A stretch of DNA of 64,000 bases, from assembly GCF_000143415.4 (NCBI RefSeq), contig NW_003314318.1:1227690-1291689 (forward strand), given 5' to 3'. Under the pieces are notes generated by a model that saw nothing but the letters and a program-made list of their open reading frames with translations, made no database searches and was not told where the DNA came from. This stretch comes from Selaginella moellendorffii. Its lineage: Eukaryota; Plantae; Lycopodiophyta. Shown piece after piece: positions 35,838 through 50,700 of this stretch. The first letter of the stretch is position 1. Every line of letters starts with the position of its first letter. Position numbers and translations under genes: made by a program.

Positions 35838-38330
35838 TTTTGAATTTAGACTTCCCATGAAAATCATGTAGCCAAAGATTAGATATGCTTAACCTCAAAT
35901 ATTTTAATATACTTAATGAATTGGAAAAAGAGTGCACTTTTATTCATATGTCTTTTTCCTTTATATTTAAACCCCAATAGGAAATTAAGTTTTGTTTTTC
36001 AAGTTGGTCGCTTACAATTTAATATCTTAGCTAGTAGGTGAAAAATGTGTAAAGGAGTCTTCTAAAAGACACCATGAATGTTTGGTACTAAAACCATTGG
36101 CAAAAATATTACTATTGATGCTAAAGAAGAAAAAGATTCCTGAAAATGACAAGTTAATAGACAAGAGAATACATCTCCTCTAAAAGAAAGTTGGCTGAAA
36201 GAAAGACTTTTCCACCTCACCATATGCCAATTTAGATGCTAAAAATCTTCCTCAAACCTGATATAAAAGTCTTTGCTAAGAATTGAAAACAAGGTTGGCC
36301 TAGTAAACATGAACTCCTTGACATCAAACATTTATAGAATTTCAATTGTAACTTGTGATTGGTTGACCTTCACTAAGTTTTGAAAAATTGAGTCAACATA
36401 GGAGGAGTATTCCAAAAACCTTGTCCAGTCAGATTGTTGATGATTGCCATGATACTTAGCTTCAACTGAGACCTAAAACCTTAAAAAATGGATTTTCTAG
36501 TATTGTGATTTGAAGAGTTCTTAGAAAAAGGATTATTGAAAAAGGTGGTAAACATAAATGTGGTAAGAGGGGAATGGGATGGGATACATTAAGATGGAAA
36601 TTTTTTGTGAAAGATGATTGGAGTGGAAAAATGGTCTCAGAGTAAAAAATGGTGGCACGTTAGGGTGGCATTGATATGTTAAAGATGATCATTTCGATGG
36701 TAAATCTAAAGCAAATAAGAGGTTGTCAATAGTCATTATACTTCTTTGCCTCAACTCTTAACTGGATTATAAGAAAAGATTAAATTGCATCTCTCACATA
36801 AAAACAAGTAAAAGATAGTCAAAAGTTCTAGAATTAATTAAATCTAGGATTCATGCAACCAAAAAGCCTGATCTAATAATCGTTGGAATTAAAAAAAAAA
36901 AAAAGATCTAAAAAATACAAGATCAAAGATTAAAGAGGAAATACTTAACTTGAAATTACCATGGATCTTTTGATTTGTACTATACTCCATATAATGCCTC
37001 ACATGAAAAGTGAGATATTCTACCATGGTTGGATCAATTGTAAGGGATTTTGCAACCTTGTTGCACATTCAAGATTCCATCGGAAACACATTGGAAAATG
37101 TGTATTTCAATAATTAATCTGCTCTAGACATATGGAATAATCTCTGAATATATCCAGGAATATACATAGACTCACCAAGTGAAGTGTAGGCTGGACATAT
37201 GTTGACAATATGCTCTACATACTACTTAGAGGCACATTTCTTGTGGTAGAGGGGGTATCAGCTCTTGGTTGTTCTATAACTTGTGATGGTGTTAGCATAG
37301 ATTTCAGTCTTTGGTTTTAGTTTTGTACCACCTCTGAAGTGTGTTATGACCAAAACTTGGGTTGCTAGACCAATTCTATCATCAATACAAGATATGTAGT
37401 TGGCTATTTCTAGAGACTCCTCAAAGGTTCTAGCAATCGACCAAATAATAGTTTTTCTCCCACCATCCATTCATCCACTCACATTCTCAAGCAACAGATT
37501 CTCTCTTTCTCTCCTCTCTTCCACTTGAACTTTGAGTTGATTTTGGGATATAAAAGTATTTACCATTATACAAATTCTGAGGCTGGGATCTAGGTTTAAG
37601 ACTCTCTTCCTTAGCATACTTATTTTCTTTAACTCTTTTATCTCTTTTGTTCTTCATTTTCTTGGTTCTAAATTTTGATTTAACCCTACAATTTTCCCCT
37701 TATTAGTTTTTTCAGCATGTTTTAAAACTTTATACTTCATTCTTATATCTCTTTCCATTTTCCATTTCTCTCTATCATCTCAATTTTCATCATCCATTAT
37801 TTATATGCAAGATCTAGCCATTCTTTTCGAACTTGTACGCCATGGGTTCAAGCTGCACCAAAGGGTAGGTGATCTTTCAATGGTTGTTTGTTGGAGGGGC
37901 TGGGTATTTTTTGAGCTTAGCTCACAAGCTGAGCTCAAGATAATAGATGTCACTATAGTTCACTAGATGTTCAAATGATTGGTTTGGGATAAACTAACAG
38001 TTCCATTCAAAATTTAAGACATATCTTCAATCCAAGAAGAAATTAAATAATATAAATCCAATAAGAAACTAAATATCATAAGTCAAAGAAGAAATTGTAT
38101 AATACCACTATAAAATTTGAGTAGGAAAAGAGAACTAAATTTAATCTTCCTCATAATCCACATCCAAATAAAGAGGAATTTGTAAGCTCTTGAATTTAGA
38201 CTTCCTAGCTTAATACTATTAAACCTATGGACACTTAACCCTAACTATCCCAAAACCCTCAATTGATTGGAGAAAAGGGTGCACTTTTGTTCATAAGCTT
38301 TTTCCCTTTGTATTTGAACCACCCCATAGA
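35838..38330. repeat. Diverged direct repeats about 2.35 kb apart; possible ends of an old non-autonomous element
   Basis: TTGAATTTAGACTTCC and GTGCACTTTT..TCATA..CTTTTTCC.TT.TATTT.AACC occur at about 35840-35980 and again at 38190-38330. Confidence 0.4.
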
Positions 38331-38555
38331 TCATCTCTTATGTCGTTTTCTTTGATTACTTACAAAGTTTTTATAACATAATACTCTCTCACTGTGGGCT
38401 CTTGTTGTATATGAGTGCAATTGCTTCTACATAGCATGGCAAGTTATAGCGCATATCATCAATCCACTTAATATACACACATGTTTTACCTTTATTGTAA
38501 AGGCACTTTTGGATAGATGCCTTAAAACAAGGAGGAGATTCATATTGAATAAGTG

Positions 38556-39541
38556 TGTTGCAAATATGACTATAAGTATTGAAAGTTATCTGTCAGTTAG
38601 TCTTTTCAGATATTTTTTCCTTATTGCCACGACGGTAGGAGGTTGGTATTGTTAGACCCTTTATTAGTCCCTTTTGTTCAAGTGTTAGTAAACTTGACTT
38701 AACACCTCTACTTAACCAGACAAGCATAAAGAAGGAATTCCTAAGTGTCTATTTAGCCAAACATATTTGGCCTAACTTATTAGTTCTCTTTTGCTTTGTC
38801 CTACACTAGCTTGATAAAAACCTTTAGGATGTTGAGATTGGTCTTTCAATATTTGCTAGATGATAGCTTATTATGTTTGCTAAACACCCTTGCTATCATA
38901 CCCTTTATGTTATTTCTGTTTAGTCCTAATTATTATTTATGAAAAGTGTCCAGATTTGCTAATTTGGCATATCTAAGGAATGTAAAGGTTTTCTTGAACA
39001 CAATATATGGGGGGTTCCAAATATATAATAGGGATAGTGGGTAGGCTAGGCATAGCCAACCAATTTGAGGCATAGTCTAGCTTTTGTTTGCGTGTCTATC
39101 CTTGTTTTGCGTCTGGCTTGGTCTAATCCTAAATTCCATACTATACTAGCTGGTGGAATACCTATATCTTTGCGTAGGCCACTAGTATGTTGAAATAACG
39201 CTAGACTTTATTTGGCTCCATTTTACATACTAATCCTAGCATTCGGATATTAGATGCTTTAAGACTATTCTTACATCACTTCATATTCCTATTCCTTTGC
39301 TCTTCAGGTTAAACGCTCAAGCGTCACTTCATGCTCTGGTTCTTTCACTCCTTGGCTGCAAGTTTGGGAGTTTGGCTTCATACTTTCATTTAGTGGTCCA
39401 AGGCCCTAAAATTTGGACACATGGCATGTGGCATGTGGCATGTGGCATATGACATATGGCACATAGTGGTTTAGGTTCCGCTTTGTGGTTATCCTATGAT
39501 AAATCACCATAGGATAAAAGGTGAAAACCATATGTGCTACA
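38556..39541 (+). mobile_element. Older, degenerate solo LTR of the same family as 55231-56384
   Basis: Colinear from TGTTGCAAATATGAC to ...TGTGCTACA, with deletions and many transitions. No clean TSD. Confidence 0.75.
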
Positions 39542-41649
39542 AATGTCCTATTGAGCAGATCGAAGAGAAATAAATTAAGAATCCAATTGAAAACCCTTTG
39601 CCCCATCTTATCTTATTGTAGTTGCTCTTGGCCTGGATCCAATTATTGCTGCTTATCCAGTCCTAACTACATAAAATGTACGAGGGCAACTTTATAGTGA
39701 GGGTGTCCAAGAGAGTAAAAACTTAATTTCCAATGAACTTGTTTATTGTAATTCAAATGTAGAAGTTGGAGAAACCAACCAACACTCTATATACTAATAT
39801 ATAAATGCATTCTTTCCATCCTTCCCCATTGTTATAAAGGATGAACTCCAAGAGCTGTCTTTGTCAACTTCACATAAATAGATATGAAAAAAGAAACATG
39901 CATTATCAAATATTTTTCAGTTTTCAAGTTTGCCCTCTTTTGCCAATAGGAAGTGTTGGCAATGTCTAATGGGGCTTTTCATATTTATCATCTTAAAAAC
40001 CATAGAGGTTCAGTTTCAACATGCTCGAAGCCGGAAAAGAGCATATGGGGCGGGTGGTGACGAAGGGGAGATCCCTGGAACTAAAGTTTGGTTCTGTGTA
40101 GATCAGATCAAGGAACTAGATTTCAGTTTTGTGCAGCCCAAATCCATGCCACTCACTCCACAAACACATGCTCCCTATCCATAGCGGTGGTGAACTTTGC
40201 GCCTTATCCATGGTCCCTAGATCTCTCCCATATGATTGCATCTACCAATATGAAGGACTTGAGTTGATCGTGAGATCAATGGAGGTACATTGCCCTTGCT
40301 TGATCTCTATCTGTATGGTGCCTACAGTTTCCCAAAGATATAAAAAGCCCCTAGAAATGTACTGTCCTAGATCCCACAGTGCAGTGAATTGAGGAGGAAT
40401 GTGCAATCTTCGGTAATGGTGATGCTATTGCTTCCTGGAAGCCCTCTCCTCGCTGCTGTGTGACTAATCCCCTCAAGTGTTGGCAATATGGAAATAGTTA
40501 TTGGGGACTACTTTTAGCTTTGCAATGATGTAAGTTAGAAGTCTTTTATATTCCATAGATGGATGCAAGTTAGGAATTAGGTTCTTCACCATTACCTTTA
40601 ACATTGACTTTATATTCTTAAACTTATTTGATAGGTTGCCACCTCTATAACACACTCCATTTTAGTGTAAGCAATTAAATTTTTCATTTTACTTTAGTCA
40701 CTTAACCACACTTCTGACCACTTAGAGAAGTCTCATTCACAACCTCCATAAGTCTTATTCCGGACTTGAGGACTTATTAACCCCAAGAATAGCATCCATA
40801 CCACTCAACCATTGCATTTGGTCCAAATGCTCCATGTGTCTGATCTCATGACTGACACCCAAAGGTACCACTGACAAATTAGCCTATTACACTAAGGCCA
40901 TGCCTATTCACTTTTGTCAAAGACCAAGCCATCCGTCCATGAGTGATCATCCTAAATCCACTTCTTAGCATCCTCAAGATGCCCGTAGACATGGGGAACA
41001 ACCTTCCCCAATGTCCCTTTTTTTGGTCCCCACCAAATCCCTTTCCATCCACGGCCGTGTTCATTAATATTGCCATTGGGTCAAGGCCTACAAGCCTAAC
41101 CACTATGCCCCACTAGCCTCTGGGACTTCCTTGACACATGACTGCATCTTTGGTCCCCACACAAGAGGACTACTCCTCCTCCTTTCCTTAGTCTGGGACT
41201 CTAGAACAACATTTTGAAACACCACGGCCTAAGTGAGCCTTGTGGGTACTCTCCCCACCATCCGTCTTTGGGTGCCCTAGCTAGATGGATGGCTGTAGTG
41301 AGGTTTTGATGAGCCACGCTAGATATCCAAGTAGGTAGTGCCACCCATACTTGGATTGGGAGCATTAACCATTTGATCTCTTAGGGGAGCTAGAGCCGGC
41401 TCTTGAACACTTCACCAAGCTACCCTACTTGTCTATCTATATTCACTCTAACCTTAGACTTCCTAGTGGTTATATCATCGCCCAATACATGGGTATAACC
41501 TTCTTGCACCACCTTGGCATTTCCTAGCCAAACTAGTTCCACTGGAGTCCAATCCCCACACTCTCCCTACTATACTTTTGGAACCCTCTACACCCCCCCC
41601 CCGAAGGACGATCGCTTTGGGCTTTCACCCAACAGTCTGTATTAGTATT

Positions 41650-41790
41650 TGGACTCGGACTCAGACTTGGATTTGGACTTGGACTCAAACTCAGTCTCGA
41701 ACTCAAACTCAGTCTTAGTCTCGAACTAGGACTCGATCTCAGTCTTGGTCTCAAACTAGAACTCGGTCTCGGTCTCGGTCTCGGTCTCGA

Positions 41791-41824
<34 letters not shown>

Positions 41825-42130
41825 AGTCTTGGTCTCGTCTTGGATTCCATCTTAAATCCATCTCGAACTCCATCTCAGGTCCATCTTAGATTTATCTCGG
41901 ACTCCATCTTGGATCCCTCTCGGACTTCATCTCGGTCCATCTTGGACTCCATCTTGGATTTCATCTCGAACTCTTTCTCGAGTCCATCTCGGACTCCATC
42001 TTAGGTCCACCTTGGGTCCATCTCAGACTTCATCTTGGGTCCACCTCGGGTCCATCTCGGACTCCATCTTGGACTCCATCTCAAGTGCATCTCAGTCCAT
42101 CTCGGACTCCATCTCAAGTCCATTTTGGAC
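41650..42130. repeat. Compound minisatellite: 6-mer CTCGGT-like array followed by 12-mer CCATCT(C/T)GGACT array, inside a repetitive element
   Basis: Directly visible arrays. The left flank (41580-41630) matches the reverse complement of LTR segment 55785-55850. Confidence 0.85.
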
Positions 42131-45100
42131 TTCTCCATGTATTATCTGTTGGTCCTCTAGTGTCCCTTTTCTAGAGACTAGTGTGGCTAAATCCAAAAGG
42201 ATTACTTTTCTTTATTTCTCATATCTTAAATTAATTACTTCTTTGTTTTCATTGTAGGTTTTAGTATGGAACTTATTCTTTACCATTACTCTTGCCATCA
42301 TAGCATTACATGAGTTGATGAGTGTGCAAATTTAGCAATGCCGGGATATAATAGCTTGATAGACATCATCCCAAATATCATTAATAAGGACCTTCACTAA
42401 AGTCCTTGGCTATCAACACTATTTACTAAAGGCCATGCAAATCCTCCTACAATTGTTTTATCCTTCTAAGGGATTGTGCTTGATGTTATAGAGGGTTTTG
42501 ATTCAATAGTATTAGCAATTAAAGAGATTGGCTATGCGGTTTTGCATTGGAGAAGGAGAGTGCATTTCAAGGTGTTCTTAGGACAATTCACAATAGGTGA
42601 TAATAAAAATAATTAATGTTAGAAAATTTCACTTATCAAACCTAGATGATACTTGAGGTAGAGATCTAGCTCAAAAGGTGATAATGGCATTTTCCCCCAC
42701 AACTCCAAACACCATGGATAAACTCTCACTCTTGTACAATGGGACAATGGAACTCTAGTTTATACATGCCAAGCTTCTTCTTACCAGTTAAGAGCTTGAG
42801 AAAAACACTTGTTATGTACTCCAAAGCACCTAAGCAATTATTTAAATACCTATAAAGGAGTTATGATTAAATTAAAAAGTTAAAACCTTACAATATACAT
42901 ATACACCATATGGTGTGAGAAAAATAGTTAACTTTGTTGGTTCTTAATGCTTAAGTTGCCATTAGAAAGTCATTCATCCCCAATCTCTTGAAGGGAAGCT
43001 TGAATGTATTCCAAAAGTGCATACATTGGTAAAGAATTACATATCTTGTGCTTAAAGTAACTCCTCAACAGCTGCAATACTCTATGCAATATAAAACTTC
43101 TCCTTCATCACATTCTCAAGTTTGTTCTCGAGCTTTTTATCATTATTATGATATCAAGTGTTGAGGAGCTCACATCTAGATTTCCTCAAGAGAGAGCATG
43201 TCAACATATAGAAGATGTTTGATATCATAGACTAGGGTATGTGCTAGAAATGCAAATTGGTTAAGCCTATAATATAGTTAGTGAGGTCAAAAGCAACTAG
43301 TAAGGAATTCTTATATATTAATTTTGTAACATGCCAAGTTGAGCCTCATAGCTTGGTTTCAATCCTTTGATTTTACATGTCATTAGAACACAAATATGTT
43401 GTTCATTGTTGTCTTGAAACTTTTCTTGGATACATCTCCAAAACACTAGTCACTAGTGGTTTCCATCCATAATGCAAAACATCCAACCTATAAAGGCTTG
43501 TGTTTTCTTGTGGCATGCCATCAAAGTATTGAACTCCTTAGATTTCCTTTGTTATATTTGATCCCAAGTCTGCTTGATCTCTCAAATAACCATGTCTATG
43601 CAATTGGTTCCAAGAAATCATACCATAATAAATTATCTAGTGGTCTGTCTAAATTTACCTTGTGAAAAAGGTATAAATAGCCATGTTGAAGTCATAGGCC
43701 AAGTGCACCCAAAGATAGCAAAGTGGAATCTAAAGATCCAAGCCATTTTACCTAACACCTTATTGATAGTTCATTCTTAAACTTGGACAATAGTCTTATG
43801 TATTCACTCATTCAAGATTATATTAGCCTTTAGCATATGTCATTTCTACTACCTTTAGCACTTATGGCATGTCTATCATTTCCTCCATCAAGACCTACCT
43901 CCTCATCCTCTTTGTTACCTATAGCACTAGATGCCTCATCACTAGCTCTTTTATGCTACAAACAAATTCTTCATTTCCACACTCACCAGAACCAATGCTA
44001 GCAAATGGATCTTCAATGCTAATATGAACATTTGGCTTTTGGGTGCCTACACTTGGATCAAGATTAAGCATTGCCTAGATATAGATACCACTACTCCCAC
44101 CATGGTTGTCCTCCGAAGCAACTCCTTGAACTTGTGAAATCTCTCTAGGGAATTTAGCATAACGATGTAATTATTTTTCTAGAGAATGGTCTATTAAGGT
44201 TGATTGGCATGCTTCTTCTATTGTGGCATGATATATGTATCTACATGAAAAAGAGAAGAACTCTTGACTAAATATTTAAAAAATGTTGAAGAATGAAAAA
44301 AACATTAAAGAAGCCAAAAATAAAAGATTGGTTTACCCACGAATCAATCTTTCCAGCACCAGTAACAATATAAGAGAAAAAAGAGAGAAGAAAATGAAAA
44401 AAAAGAGTAGAAAGTAATATGTTGGAAAGATCAGTTTGCTGCCAAACCAGTGATGCACTGGAAAAATTGGTTCGCTGCCAAACCAATCTTTTTAGCACCA
44501 AACAAAAAATAAAAACAAAAAAAATACCAAAAAGTGATGTGCTGGAAAGATTAGTTCACTACTTGACCAATCTTTCTAGCATTAAGTAATTGCAAGACAT
44601 GAGTTATTGGCTCAAGATTGAAAAAAGGCTCAAGGAAAAAAGGAAAAAAAAAAACTAGTAGAAAGTGATGCACTAGAAAGAATGATTCACCACTGAACCA
44701 CCAAGTAGCCATGAGTTTCTAGCCATAAGCCACAAACAAATGGGGAGATAGAGAAGTAGTAAATGGGGGGATTGAGAAGAAGCTTAGGATATATTTTGAT
44801 TAAGGAGTGCTTTTCTCTATCTAAATGATTACAATCTGTAGTTAGTTTTCACCCTTTACCCTATGGTGATTTATCATAAAAAAAAAACATAGAGTGGAAT
44901 TATAACTCTTGAACATATGGCCAAGGGTAGCAGAAAGATGATTAGGTATCTTGTTCCTTGCCCAGCCTCAGTTTGTTATAGTAATTGTATTTGCCATCTT
45001 AGCTTCCACTTTTACACACCTGATACGATCTATTTTTCTATAGCCAGCTATGTATTTTTTCTCTAAAGAAAAGCCTGTTCAACTCCCATGCATCTTTAAG

Positions 45101-46618
45101 TTTTTCCCTAATTTTTAGTACCTTTTGTTTGGTCTTAGATTTTTCTATCTCATCGAAGCCCATAACCTTCACTAAGCAACATATTTTTTATTTCCTTGTT
45201 AATTCAAGCTATAGCAAATGCATCTCGACTGTATAGTCATCACTTTTGATGAGTGATGACCCCCTTCTCCCCCATTGCTAGGATTTAAAAGAGTTCATGG
45301 AAGAGATTGGGCTTGATTTGAGTGATGATGGATTTCAATATATTCTCCCCATGTTGAGAGGCTCCCCTCATTTGGCAACTCCCTTTGGGAGGATTGCTTG
45401 CTAAGCAGTCCTCCCCTTTGTTCTTTACTTTTTAGTCTCATTTTCTTGGGGTTTTAGGGAATTCTTGAGAGATCTACATTGTAGTGATGGCATTGCTGTT
45501 AGAGAGATTTTAGAAGCAAAGATGAGTGTGTTCAACTGCAAAATTCTAAATGTTATACTTGAATTTTAAATATTTCTTAGGTTTTCTTCTTTTTTAGGCA
45601 AAGAATAGTTATTTTCTCCTCATTATGTCTTAGTTGCCAATTAATTCTGTACTTGAAATGTAAAATGCAACCAAGTTTTCTTCATGGTGTGTGCTAAGGG
45701 CGAATTTCAAAGGGTAAATGGAATTTTTATATTGTTTAATACCTGAAATATTTTTATCGTTAATAATATATACTTAACTTTGAGACTGGCAATTTTTGGT
45801 AGCCAAAACCTGCTAGAGGCAAGTTTGATCAGCTGTTCATGAATATATATTATACAATATAAACAAACAATGATTGCTATAGTACAAAAGTTATTACACC
45901 AACTTCATTCTATTATTATAACACTTTGCTAGAAAACAAAGTGAAACCTAGAATTTTTAACAATTCAAAGGCCTAAATTAAAAAAGAGATGAATAAATTT
46001 ACACTTGTTTCTTCAACACTATTGCTATAGCCTTGAAATTGATATTTACAACTTTTCTCTAATTTGTCACTTGATGTCACTTGAGCTGGTGAAGAAGCTT
46101 GTGCAATTACATGAGCTATTGGAGAATTGCAAGTTTAAGCCTGAGCTAGAAGCAATGAACCTAGAGTTGAAAATATTGCTAGTGCCTTAGCTTCTATTCT
46201 TCTGCTACTTGTTTCACCTTTCAAAGTCTATTATTGATCTCTTAAAAAACTATTGTCTCTAATATGCTTACATCTCAGGAGAAGGCGGGAGAGCTCCTCT
46301 TTGCAAACTACTGCTTGTGTCTCTTGAGTCCAAAGGGATTGCTTTTGGAGCATCCTAGATTTGAGGGACAATAGTTTTTTGGGATATAGTGTGAATGCAA
46401 ATCCAATATCTAGTATCCCTTAACAATGTTTCCAACTCATCATCATTGCCACCACAAAGCATAGTTTAGTTTTTAGTTTTTCATGCAAAATAAGTGATAA
46501 TATTATTAACCTTCTTCTCAATTGTTTAGCACCATCTTGCTCACTTTCACACTTAGAGAATGTATCATTTGCATTAAACATCACATAATCCCTTCCAATT
46601 CGACTAAATCATACTCTA

Positions 46619-46718
46619 NNNNNNNNNNNNNNNNNNNNNNNNNNNNNNNNNNNNNNNNNNNNNNNNNNNNNNNNNNNNNNNNNNNNNNNNNNNNNNNNNN
46701 NNNNNNNNNNNNNNNNNN
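46619..46718. other. Assembly gap (100 N)
   Basis: Run of N. Confidence 1.
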
Positions 46719-47099
46719 AAAAAGAAAGAAAAGGCATCCACAGGTTATTTTTTGGAATAACTGAAGCTGGCTACATTATCATGGACTATTGCCATCTCCT
46801 ACTGTATATATGAGTGTTCTGGTAGATATGGATAAGCTTCTTGGTTCTTGTCAAATCCAACTTAGCATATTTTGTTAGTACCACAGGTAAGAATAAAAAA
46901 TCCAATCAATCAACTCATTTGTTTTGTTTGAGAGTCAAAATGTTTCCATATGTGCTGAAGTTGCACTCTACAAAAAAATTAAAAGGAGCAAAGCTAAAGA
47001 TTTTACATACAAACCTCCAAAGCAAATGTACTTTTGAATTAGTTCAAGGCAGCTTGCCCATGCCATCCAGGGATTGGCAATGTAAGGCCTTTGAACAAA

Positions 47100-48000
47100 T
47101 GCCCAATTAGTTCAATAATTGCATCTTAAAAAAGGCCTTGCCTCTACTCATACATAGGGTATTTCTAACTGAAATCTTCTCTATCTAGATAAAATTGCTA
47201 GACTGCCATCCATAAGTGTTGGTCAATTACTATTGTTTTATAGCATGGATTTAGACACCAATCTGCACCAAAAAGTCACATTTATGGAGGTAATGCTCTT
47301 CTTGATTTTGCTAGTATAGCCAACACAAGTCTCTTTTCTACTTCGGACAAAGAAGGGTGTCTCTTTGTTCTGTCCCTTATATATTTCCAAACTTGCCAAA
47401 TAAATCTTATATTTGGTGTATATCTATTGAAGAATTTGATTGTTTGTACCATTGGCTCCATCAATATCAGAATCTTATCCACCTCCTACCAAAACCTGAT
47501 TGCAACTTGCTCATTCATGTGAAAAAAATCCCAAATTTGTTGAGCTTAACTTCGTGTCTCACTATCCTTTAGTTGCTTCTTCAGCCACTTTTTTTAAGTC
47601 TCCACTAAAGAAAATAACTCTTAAAGGTTCTTGAATATCTTGTAGCCGTTCTAGCATGTAGTATTATAAGCTAAATATGAGAAAACAAAGTTAGTGTTAG
47701 TGAACCTTGACTACATGAGAAAATTACATACCTTGCAAATACAAGTTTGATAAACTCCTTCACTCCCTTCTGTTTGAACAAGTAGAGAAGATACATAGAA
47801 TTTTTAATTATCTAAACAATGGACTTCCCTTTTTCAGTGCAATCCTTTATAAAGTTTAAAGTGGCCCATGATTTGAAAAAAAAGGTTAATGCATGGCATT
47901 GGCAAGATACACTCTAAATTCCCCATTGCACCTCAAGTATCTATCTAGTTAGCCATATATTGGAAACATTATCTATCATGATAACAATAACACCCCATTT
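47100..48000 (-). mobile_element. Decayed hAT-like (DUF659-type) transposase remnant
   Basis: SVSCQCHAL (CxxH-like) at about 47890 and ILILMEPMVQTIKFFNRYTPNIRFIWQVW. Interrupted by stops. Confidence 0.45.
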
Positions 48001-49368
48001 CTACTTATCTCTTTCAAGTTGACAAATTCCCACTTCTGATGTATTTGAAGGACTAAGTGGGCTTCTCTTGCATGTCCCAGTCCTTATGCAATTTTGTATT
48101 TGCTCTAGTGCCTCATTAAGCTTATTGGCAATTTTTTCAGCTAGAAAGAAGCCATAGTATTATATATGGTAGTTAGAATGAAATTTGGATATACCCTTGA
48201 GCATATATTCCTACCTCTAAAAATTGAAATTATATGTAATGGGCATTCATAAGTACATATTTTGTCTTGTAAGGCATCCACAAATAAAAGTATCCACTAT
48301 GAAACTACAATATGAGTGAATGATTAATTGCCTCACATGAAACAATTAATCCATACAATGAAAAGATTAATTTATTCAATACGAAAATGGAAGTGCTAAT
48401 TCCCCTTGGCTCAACAAAGGCTATTAGTTAATGATCAATGAAAACATTAATATCTCTAAAAGGGGGGTGAGTGTAGTACATATGATTATGATACTACTTT
48501 GGAACCTTGTAAGGATAAAATAACCACTAAAGGCTCTCTTATCAATCAATTATAATTGACTTAAGGGGAAAGAGATGTAATGTGTTATAGATAAAAAATT
48601 ATATAAACCATTGTATATACCTAATAAATTTGTGTTTCTAAAGGAATCATAAAAGATTTCATCTTTATATAATGTATCAACAATTATTATATTCCCCATA
48701 TACATATCCTTTACAATTTTCCAGTCGTTAGACATTAGAGATAGTAGATGATGAGTGATTTATTTGTATATTCTCAATTTTCTTCTTGATTTTGTCCATA
48801 TGAAACATATGAAATCAACCTTGCATTTAGAAACATCATCCTGAGTCTCAAGACTCAAACCTTAAGACTTAGGAACAAGAGGAAATGACAATTACCACCA
48901 CATAAAATTAATTCAAGGGGCGAGTTAACATTTAAACTCTATCCCTATCTTTTTTATACTTTAGCCCTCCTTTATTAATGCACATTTACATGCTCAAGAT
49001 GTAGAGTACTCAAGTCATTCCTATCCTTGTTTATGACCTCGACAAAAGCTTTCTTGAGGATTAAAGGACTTGAGTCACTCTTCTCTCTCATTTTTTGTAT
49101 AATTGTGTGTGTCTAATTGAAGTAGAGTGCAACATCAAATCAAGCAAACACAGTAACAAGCATCCACTCCTCTCTTCCTTCTCTCTTTATGAATTTGCTG
49201 GGTTTGTAACTCTGCTCACATTAGTCTATATCTTCTCAATACCACTGCTTGCTCTACCACCAGCATCACTCATTAGCACATACCACACAGACAGAAAAAG
49301 AATGATGAAGAAGATCATAGAAAGTTTCTCATTTTCTTTTTATGGGAAGGGCAATGGCTGTGCTGCAG

Positions 49369-50700
49369 CTATGTTGGTGGAGCATTTGACTTCAAGTCAC
49401 TTGTGGAGAACCTTTTGCAGCAGCTGTCCGAAAGCCAGACCATCATTGTCAATGTCAATGATGTCACGAACAAGTCCAATCCGCTTGTCATGTACGGCCT
49501 GAACATTCTGGATGGGAACGAGATTGAAGTCTGTCAGGTTGAGTTTGGGGATCCATTCTGGAAGGATGAGATGAGATGCGATGCAGGTGAAAAAAATCTC
49601 CATTCTCATGTCAAAGTTTCGAAGAAAGTCTCAAGAGTTTGTCTATAATTCTCTCAAGAGCTTACTCTTAGATTTGTTCTCTCTCAGATTTAACAAGGAA
49701 GAGTCTGTTGTGTGGACCACCACCTTTGGAATTGTTGTCATTGTTTTGCTGGTGGCTCAAATCTTCTACGCGGCTGGCAACTGCATCACCAAAGTCGAGG
49801 AGGGTTATTGCAAGATGGAAGATCTTAAAGTTCGAGCTGAGTCGGCTGATGTTGCGAAGTCTCAGGTACGATTAGATCACCTCTACTGTGGACTCATGAG
49901 ATTTTTCTAACTATGTAGTTCCTGGCTACTGTATCACACGAGATCCGGACTCCCATGAATGGCGCGCTTGGTGTGTAAGACATGGTTGAAAGATTCCTTC
50001 TTGCAATTTTAACTGTTTTTTTCTTCTACACAGGCATGTTGCAAATGCTCATGGAATAAAGCTCGATTCGACACAGAAGGATTACACTCACACGGCCCTC
50101 GAAAGTGGGAAGCAACTTATAAAACATATCAACGAAGTCTTGGACCAGGCCAAGATCGAGTCCGGCAGGATGGAGCTTGAGACTGTCCCTTTCAAGCTGC
50201 ACACGATTCTTGACAATATTCTCACGCTCTTTTCTGCGAAGAACAAGGACAAAGAAATCGAAGTAAGCTTTTGTTTACCACTATTTAGCTTGCTACAAAG
50301 CAAAATGATCTCCAATCTTGTATAAGATCTCTAATCCCGTTTCTTACGTGCTTGCAGCTGGCGGCATACGTTTCTGAGAGAGTCCCTGACGTCCTTGGGC
50401 ATCCCGTTCGGCTCCACCTGATCGTGACCAGCTTGGTTGGAAACTCAATCAAGGTACGTAGATCTTCCAAGCTGTTTCCTTGAACACCATCATGATCCGG
50501 ATCGATATAGCATTTTCCAATGGTCGGTTTCTTTTCTCTCGCAGTTCACTGATAGCGGGCATATCTTTGTCTCCATGCACCTGGAAGAGAACGTGAACGA
50601 TGTCAGCACAATGTGAGGCTTGCTTGAAATAAGTCACGGAGATGCAAGATCACTCGCACAAACTTAACACCGTAGATGCTCGTGTTTCACTACAAGGACT
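49369..50700 (+). pseudogene. Truncated cytokinin receptor (CHASE histidine kinase, AHK/CRE1-like) pseudogene
   Basis: YVGGAFDFKSLVENLLQQL, FGDPF, TM segment, AESADVAKSQ|FLATVSHEIRTPMNG, LDQAKIESGRMELE, LVGNSIK|FTDSGHIFV. Frameshifting duplication at about 49570, stop at about 50057; N-terminus and receiver domain absent. Confidence 0.88.

Noticed and set aside
40000-40660. Possible LINE zf-RVT remnant (DREHVFVE..AWIW on the minus strand)
   Set aside because: A single weak motif; not enough to annotate.
41533-41850. RP/RS-rich ORF, and similar ORFs at 59351-59598
   Set aside because: Translation of hexamer minisatellites.
41650-42130. CRISPR-like array
   Set aside because: Contiguous tandem units with no unique spacers, in a eukaryotic context.
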